Origin: Candidatus Undinarchaeales archaeon SRR5007147.bin71 | Lineage (GTDB): Archaea; Undinarchaeota; Undinarchaeia; Undinarchaeales; Undinarchaeaceae | Length of the DNA stretch: 40,968 nucleotides | Direction of reading: 5' to 3' | Assembly (NCBI GenBank): GCA_014189675.1 | Contig: DVAE01000030.1 | Span: 1 to 40,968, forward strand | Shown: positions 35,545 through 40,968 of the stretch, one piece after another | How positions within the stretch are numbered: the first letter of the stretch is position 1 | Layout: every line of letters begins with the position of its first letter | Made by a program: the position numbers and the translations under genes | Notes under the pieces: generated by a model | Seen by the model: the letters and a program-made list of their open reading frames with translations, nothing else | Told to the model about the DNA's origin: nothing | Databases searched by the model: none

Positions 35545-36123
35545 TTATTGTGGAGGTAGTGGAGGCGGTGGTAGCTGCCTTCTTGGCTGCTGCGGTCTCT
35601 GAACAGGAGCAGGAGCCACTACAGCTCTTTGTGGCGCTACGCTCTGTCGCCTTAAATATCTTTCCAAGGAATCAAGAGTCTTAGATAGTTGCTTGTTTTG
35701 TTCCTTGAAATCAGTCATTGCAGATTTCATCTCACCTATTGCTGATGAAACTTCCTTCATACTTCCTTCTTCTTCAGTTTCCATTGCCTCTGTTGCTTCG
35801 GCGAATATTGTAAGTATTTTGGAAAGCTTCTGGGAAAGCCCACGGTTAGTCTCATTCATCAAGTCAAGAGCACTCTGTATCTTTTCTGCGACTTGCTGAT
35901 TGGATTTTGAGACCTGCTCCTGCATTTGCTGAGTTGACTCCAGGAGGCCCATCATTTTTTTTATGAATTCGTCTGCGTGTGATTCAATTTTTGTGAGCCC
36001 GACAGTGCCGCGCAGAGCGGATTTAATTTCATTTATATCGTGCTCGAGCTTCTCTTCCTTTCGTTCGAGCTCGTCATAAGGGCTTGACGCAACAACTTCG
36101 TATGATTCAGACTCTTCCGCCAT
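35545..36123 (-). CDS. Coiled-coil protein with Pro/Gln-rich tail, first gene of the pilus operon
   Basis: Heptad-like E/K/Q/M-rich helix ending RRQLPPPPLPPQ. Minus-strand TTTATATA at 36149-36156, 25 nt upstream. Confidence 0.75.
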   Translation of the reverse strand: MAEESESYEVVASSPYDELERKEEKLEHDINEIKSALRGTVGLTKIESHADEFIKKMMGLLESTQQMQEQVSKSNQQVAEKIQSALDLMNETNRGLSQKLSKILTIFAEATEAMETEEEGSMKEVSSAIGEMKSAMTDFKEQNKQLSKTLDSLERYLRRQSVAPQRAVVAPAPVQRPQQPRRQLPPPPLPPQ

Positions 36124-36176
36124 GGCTACTCGGTTTAAAGAGAGAGTCTATATAAATGTTGCTTTTAAAGAGTGGG

Positions 36177-36204
36177 AAAAATAAGAAAGGGGCCCGAAGG
36201 CCCC
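36177..36204 (-). terminator. GC hairpin with cUUCGg tetraloop plus U-tract after the thermosome gene
   Basis: The minus strand reads GGGGCC-TTCG-GGCCCC-TTTCTTATTTTT, starting 13 nt after the stop. Confidence 0.85.
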
Positions 36205-36217
36205 AGATTTCAGGATA

Positions 36218-37861
36218 TTACATCATACCCGGCATTCCGCCCATTTCTGGGGGCATTGCTGGGGCTCCTCCCTTGCCAAGCTCCTTGGCAGAGATTACAT
36301 CATCGATGCGGATTATCATTTCCGCTGCTTCTGATGCGCTCTTAATTGCCTGTGTCTTAATCTTAAGAGGCTCAAGAACACCTTCCTTCTGCATGTCGAT
36401 GACCTTTCCGCGGAACACGTCAAGACCGTGTGAGTTTTGACCCTTCTGGTCGTGTGCTGATCTTAGCTCAGTCATTTTGTCAATCGGGTCAAGACCGGCA
36501 TTCTCTGCCAGTGTTCTTGGAACAATTTCCAGAGCATCAGCAAAGGCATTTATTGCCAGCTGTTCTCTTCCGCTGACTTTCTCAGCAGCCTTTCGAACGG
36601 TCTTGGAAACTTCTATCTCAATTGCTCCTCCGCCTGCAACTACCTTTCCAGTCTCAAGTGTTGCTGAAACGCCACCGATTGCATCATCCAGTGCACGCTT
36701 AACTTCGTCAACCACGTGGTCAGTTCCTCCCCTTACCAGGAGAGAAACAGCCTTTGGAGATTTGCAGTCAGTAACGAAGACCATTGAGTCTCCGGCAATT
36801 TTGCGTTCCTCGACGCTTCCGGCATTTCCAAGGCTTTCCTTGTCCAGGTCGTCAAGATTTGAAATTATACTTGCGCCTGTTGCACGGGATAGTTTTTCCA
36901 TATCGGACTTTTTGACACGCCTTACAGCAAATATTCCCTCTTTTGCAAGGAAGTGCTGTGCCATATCGTCAATTCCCTTCTGGCAGAAGAGCACCTTTGC
37001 ACCGGATGCTTTGACTTTGTCAGTCATATCTCGGAGCATTCCCTCTTCCTGTGAAAGGAAGGCTTGAAGCTGGTTTGGATCAGTGATTCTGATTTCAGAA
37101 TCGGTTTCAGTTTCCTTTACCTCAAGAGCTGCGTCAACAAGAGCTATCTTTGCACCGCTGACAGCCTGAGGCATTCCAGGGTGGACTCGCTCTTTGTCAA
37201 TTATGAGCCCCATTATAAGCTCGCTATCGTCAATTGAGCCTCCACTCTTTTTCTCAATCTTGATATTATCAAGATCGACAGAAAGTGAGCCGTTTGACTC
37301 GTCTGCAACAAGTGTTACTGCCTTAACTGCGAGTTTTGCAAGACTTTCTCTTGCTCTCTCTGCTGACTTTCCAGTCATTGCAGTCATAGCAACTTTTTCT
37401 AGAATTCCAGTATCACCTGGAGAAACATTTTCTCCCGCTGAAGCCAGAAACTCCTGAGCAATATCATTAGCTTTTCTGTAGCCCTGTACAATAACAGTCG
37501 GATGTATATTCTGGTCGAGAAGATTCTCTGATTCCTTGAGAAGTTCTCCTGCGATTATCACAGCAGTTGTTGTTCCATCTCCGACTTCGTCTTCCTGAGC
37601 CTTTGATACTTCAACAAGCATCTTAGCTGCAGGGTGTTGTATGTCCATCTCGCCGAGCAGAGTAGCGCCATCATTTGTGATAACAATATCTCCAAGCGAG
37701 TCTACAAGCATCTTGTCCATTCCTTTTGGACCAAGAGTAGTTCTTACGGCTTCCGCTACAACGCGACCTGCCATAATATTCATTCTTTGTGCGTCCCTTC
37801 CAAGAGTCCTTTTAGAATTCTCAGATAGAACGATTACTGGTTGTCCAGTCATTTGTGTCAT
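36218..37861 (-). CDS. ths: Thermosome (group II chaperonin) subunit
   Basis: [23 protein letters not shown] and GGGA motifs, with a GGM-like tail. GGAGGT SD at 37869-37874 and TATA at 37911-37918. Confidence 0.98.
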   Translation of the reverse strand: MTQMTGQPVIVLSENSKRTLGRDAQRMNIMAGRVVAEAVRTTLGPKGMDKMLVDSLGDIVITNDGATLLGEMDIQHPAAKMLVEVSKAQEDEVGDGTTTAVIIAGELLKESENLLDQNIHPTVIVQGYRKANDIAQEFLASAGENVSPGDTGILEKVAMTAMTGKSAERARESLAKLAVKAVTLVADESNGSLSVDLDNIKIEKKSGGSIDDSELIMGLIIDKERVHPGMPQAVSGAKIALVDAALEVKETETDSEIRITDPNQLQAFLSQEEGMLRDMTDKVKASGAKVLFCQKGIDDMAQHFLAKEGIFAVRRVKKSDMEKLSRATGASIISNLDDLDKESLGNAGSVEERKIAGDSMVFVTDCKSPKAVSLLVRGGTDHVVDEVKRALDDAIGGVSATLETGKVVAGGGAIEIEVSKTVRKAAEKVSGREQLAINAFADALEIVPRTLAENAGLDPIDKMTELRSAHDQKGQNSHGLDVFRGKVIDMQKEGVLEPLKIKTQAIKSASEAAEMIIRIDDVISAKELGKGGAPAMPPEMGGMPGMM

Positions 37862-37920
37862 TTATAATACCTCCACGTATTAAGTAGTGTCCTTACTCTA
37901 CTTGAGGTGATATATAAAGC

Positions 37921-39378
37921 TTACTGTTCTATTAGATTTGCAAGATACCGCTTTACAAGCAAAGTTGCCCTGCAATCATCTTCATTATAATCTATGACTT
38001 TCTGGAGCTTTTTCCGGTCTCCAGTATCGACAAATTCATTGTAGAGCACAATCGACTGCATAGCATCAAGGTCTTCGTGCCTCCAGGAGTCCGGTTTCAG
38101 GAATTTTGCGACAGCTTTCAGGGAGTAGGAGTAGAGAGGAAAAACGACTGATTTATGAGAAACTCTATATAAATCTACCATTCTTTCCAGAATCTTTATC
38201 CCTTCAACTTGGTACTTTTCAAAAAGTTTTTTTAGTGCAGTGACTTCATAGGTATTCCAGTGATATAGGACATAATCCCCTTTTGAATCTAGGTACTTTA
38301 GAAACTCACGAAAGATTTTTTCCTCATCGTCCGGTGTCTCAGCCAAGAAAGATATGTATTTTTCAGAGCCATTCTCTGATTCAAGAATTCCCATCAGATA
38401 GTCGAAGGGCTCGGCTCCAGAGGTTATTTCATCCGTCCCCTCAAGGTCGAAATAAAGTTCAGCTTTTGCATCCGGCAGAACTATAGCATCTTTATTCTTT
38501 ACTACAGGCTTGCCGGATTTTAGTGACTCGGCGCAGAGTTTGAACTGTGTAGCTTTTACATCTCCGATACCTTCAATGTCTGTCAAATTTGAAATATCGA
38601 CTCCCTGAATATCAGAAACTGTGAAAATCTTGGAAGCATTTAATTTTGCCTTCATAGCTCCAGAAATGCCGGGAATCAGAGAGACATCATCGGCTTCTTT
38701 TGCCATTTTATTTGTATAGCTGGTCCAATTATATTTTACAGAACCGTATGTCGGCGATGGGGTAATGTCTCCGGATTTTATTTTCAAAACATCCGCAATA
38801 GAGAGCTCGAGTGCAGATTTATAATCAGCAAATTTGTGAGGAATAATGTCGTTATTTCGATTTACAAGATAAAATTCCTCAGGAGTGAAGCCCTGTATTT
38901 TTCCTAGGACAAAATTGTAGTAGGCAGCTTGCAAAATATGGTCTCGTTTTATGTTCTTTGCAACTTTTATTTCCTTTACAATATAGTGATAGTTTCCAAA
39001 GATGCTTTCACCTTTCCTTTTTTCAAGAAGATCGGCGCGGCCCATGAGATTTTCCGGAAGATATATGAGAGGACTGTTTGCAACTGCTTCCGTTCCTGTG
39101 AAAAAATCATCGAGAGCCATTCGGAAACCCTCTCTTTCGCTTGTGAACTCGAGTGTCTTCATACCAGGATGCTGAGCCTCTATTGAATCGGCTTCATGCT
39201 TAATTCCTGCTTCTGAAAGGAGTTCCTGGAATCTGTTCGGCTTGTCGCGCTCATCTTCCGGAGCAAACTCATTACAGTAAATTACGAAGGGCTCCTTGAT
39301 ATAATTGGCAACATCGCCTCCTTTAACAAATTTTCCATTGCCTTCAGTACATTTTTTGAAAAGTTCTTCAGTATCCAT
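37921..39378 (-). CDS. TM0106-family RecB-like nuclease (PD-(D/E)xK + HhH + YprB-like RNase H domain)
   Basis: GRADLL...KEIK...LQAAYY nuclease motif, HhH motifs IPGIS and IEGIG, and FDLEG...YHW..YE...DL...YSLKAVA...YNEDDC. Confidence 0.88.
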   Translation of the reverse strand: MDTEELFKKCTEGNGKFVKGGDVANYIKEPFVIYCNEFAPEDERDKPNRFQELLSEAGIKHEADSIEAQHPGMKTLEFTSEREGFRMALDDFFTGTEAVANSPLIYLPENLMGRADLLEKRKGESIFGNYHYIVKEIKVAKNIKRDHILQAAYYNFVLGKIQGFTPEEFYLVNRNNDIIPHKFADYKSALELSIADVLKIKSGDITPSPTYGSVKYNWTSYTNKMAKEADDVSLIPGISGAMKAKLNASKIFTVSDIQGVDISNLTDIEGIGDVKATQFKLCAESLKSGKPVVKNKDAIVLPDAKAELYFDLEGTDEITSGAEPFDYLMGILESENGSEKYISFLAETPDDEEKIFREFLKYLDSKGDYVLYHWNTYEVTALKKLFEKYQVEGIKILERMVDLYRVSHKSVVFPLYSYSLKAVAKFLKPDSWRHEDLDAMQSIVLYNEFVDTGDRKKLQKVIDYNEDDCRATLLVKRYLANLIEQ

Positions 39379-39381
39379 TAT

Positions 39382-40008
39382 TTAGACCGCCATCGCAAGT
39401 ATATAGCTTCTATAAGATGCCTCGAAAAAAGTTATAAAGAGATATTGGAAGCCAGCGCTTGCGAATACATTGAGTAGTATCTGGGGAATCGGATCGACAG
39501 TGAAGATTCTGTATGCAAAGTACATAAAAGTGACATATACGGCTAGCCAGCTCAGATAGAAAACACGAAGGTTTGAAAGAAGCTCATGCGAGGGAATAAC
39601 CGCAAAGCTGATTCCGACGAGAACGATCCACAGAGAAATATAGATTGTCTGAGTCACTGCAGGGCCGGCCCCCTTGTGCATGAACATGTCTATTGGAGTC
39701 GGACGAAGCGCCAAAAATACAAAAAGCATTGTTGAAATCCAAAGAATTAGAAGAGCAGCTAAAGTACCGTATACAAAATTAACCGCAAATAATATAGGGA
39801 AAATAAAGGAAACGCCAACTTTAGTAAGGACAGTAATTCGGGAGATAAGAAGCATGAGCAATAAGAGGAAAAGAATCAAGATATTATTCTGCTGAGAGGT
39901 ATTGATTACAGCAGAAAACTTGCTGAACAAAAGATAGAGGGAAATCGCTACAAGTGCGACTCCGCCGATGAGTCTGGTGATTATTGCGCCTGCTGGGTTT
40001 TCCTGCAT
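39382..40008 (-). CDS. Multi-pass membrane protein (about 6-7 TM)
   Basis: Almost entirely hydrophobic. Ends 3 nt before the nuclease start. Confidence 0.7.
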   Translation of the reverse strand: MQENPAGAIITRLIGGVALVAISLYLLFSKFSAVINTSQQNNILILFLLLLMLLISRITVLTKVGVSFIFPILFAVNFVYGTLAALLILWISTMLFVFLALRPTPIDMFMHKGAGPAVTQTIYISLWIVLVGISFAVIPSHELLSNLRVFYLSWLAVYVTFMYFAYRIFTVDPIPQILLNVFASAGFQYLFITFFEASYRSYILAMAV

Positions 40009-40083
40009 AAGCTTAGTTATTACAAGGCTATGATAAAAGACTTGCGGGGAAAGAATTAATATAAAGCAGGATTAAGGGCAAGT

Positions 40084-40968
40084 ATGCCCAATAGGAAAGC
40101 TGCAGCCGGATTAGTTCTTGGAGTTGTTCTGATAATTGTACTTATACCTACGATGATAGGGCTTCTCGGTCTTGGAAAACTTGCAGGAGGGCTGTTTGGA
40201 GAGACGGAAGGAGTTATTCCAACTAATGGGAAAGAGCTTATTGTTCTAGGGAATCCAGGAAATCTGATGGTAGCAGGCTACAGTGACGGAGACGCCAAGC
40301 TACTGTTTGATTCTGAAGTTGGAAATGAATTTCCGAATGTATTCGGAAATGGGGGAAACCCATGGGTACAAGTAAGAGTTGGAGACCTTGATGGAGACGG
40401 AATTGATGATGATTTTATTGCATTGACTGAAGACAAGGAACTCGTAATTTTTAACATTAAAGATTATACAGAACAGTATACGCAATTGAATGACTATGAC
40501 ACTTCAGACCTTGCAGGGCTTACAAATTGGGACGTAATAAGTCTTGAGGAAGACGAGCCGAGTGATTCAAATATGATTGGAGGTGCAGGAGATAGTTTGG
40601 GAGACATAAGAGCTTTCAGAAAAGATGACGGGGAAATTATAATTGGGAACAAACCACTACTTGTCGGAGATTTGGATGGGGACGGGGACGATGAAATAAT
40701 TGTTTTAGGAGTGTCGGTGTTACATATTTATAGGCAAACAGATTCAGGAGGATACGAAGAATATTCTGTTGAGTATTATGATTCTTGGGAATCAGAAGCC
40801 AATACTGTGAGTTTCGCAGGCGGAGTTGAGGTTGCAGGAATATCAGATAGCGATTTGGATGGACGTGAAAATAATATAGTCCTCATCTATAGGAGCACCA
40901 CAAACGAGGAGAAATCTCCTCGAAAGATGAGAACACTTGAGATTGAGATGTTCCAACTTCAGTCAGGA
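40084..40968 (+). CDS. FG-GAP/VCBS-repeat surface protein with class III-like leader (3' truncated; not in ORF track)
   Basis: Manual translation is open for 295 codons to the edge: MPNRKA/AAGLVLGVVLIIVLIP... with repeats VGDLDGDGIDDDFI, VGDLDGDGDDEIIV and ISDSDLDGRENNIV. Confidence 0.85.
   Translation, partial: MPNRKAAAGLVLGVVLIIVLIPTMIGLLGLGKLAGGLFGETEGVIPTNGKELIVLGNPGNLMVAGYSDGDAKLLFDSEVGNEFPNVFGNGGNPWVQVRVGDLDGDGIDDDFIALTEDKELVIFNIKDYTEQYTQLNDYDTSDLAGLTNWDVISLEEDEPSDSNMIGGAGDSLGDIRAFRKDDGEIIIGNKPLLVGDLDGDGDDEIIVLGVSVLHIYRQTDSGGYEEYSVEYYDSWESEANTVSFAGGVEVAGISDSDLDGRENNIVLIYRSTTNEEKSPRKMRTLEIEMFQLQSG

Noticed and set aside
28090-36123. Interpretation as an archaellum operon
   Set aside because: No ArlH, ArlF or ArlG genes, two separate platform genes instead of one ArlJ, and pilin-type rather than archaellin-type N-termini.
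36477-37067. 196-aa plus-strand ORF
   Set aside because: Antisense shadow of the thermosome gene.
37921-39378. Nuclease as a Cas4/CRISPR component
   Set aside because: No four-Cys Fe-S cluster pattern, other cas genes or repeat-spacer array are visible in the window.
40300-40485. 61-aa minus-strand ORF
   Set aside because: Antisense to the FG-GAP ORF that starts at 40084.

Overview
Archaeal core-chromosome segment. The compact gene packing, many apparently leaderless genes, non-oxidative pentose phosphate pathway and salvage genes suggest a DPANN-type lineage such as Undinarchaeota, but that is inference only. In order it holds: the 3' part of a K+-independent membrane H+-pyrophosphatase coupled to rpoE1-spt4-rps24e-rps27ae; a ~911-aa surface glycoprotein; an rpe-tktN-tktC-tal operon followed by pyrF-pyrE; a small CxxC-x17-CxxC gene missed by the ORF track; tRNA-Asn(GTT); top6A/top6B/Dim2/aIF1A without the usual RIO1; rpoK; a TBP-MCM-presenilin-RPA32-aIF2beta-DUF424 string; ahcY, an M23-like lipoprotein, apt and mtnP; GGR and uppS; rfcS/rfcL; an 11-gene type IV pilus locus with six class III signal-peptide proteins; a thermosome subunit; a TM0106-type RecB-like nuclease; and, open at the right edge and also missing from the ORF track, an FG-GAP-repeat protein with the same NRKA pilin-type leader. 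The best candidates for novelty are the pilus locus with its FG-GAP adhesin, hppA in the usual ppa position, the non-canonical catalytic motifs in PyrF, UppS and RfcL, the M23-like lipoprotein, and two bacterial-style hairpin terminators. I saw no CRISPR array, IS element, rRNA or intein. All calls come from motif recognition by eye; no database search was run.
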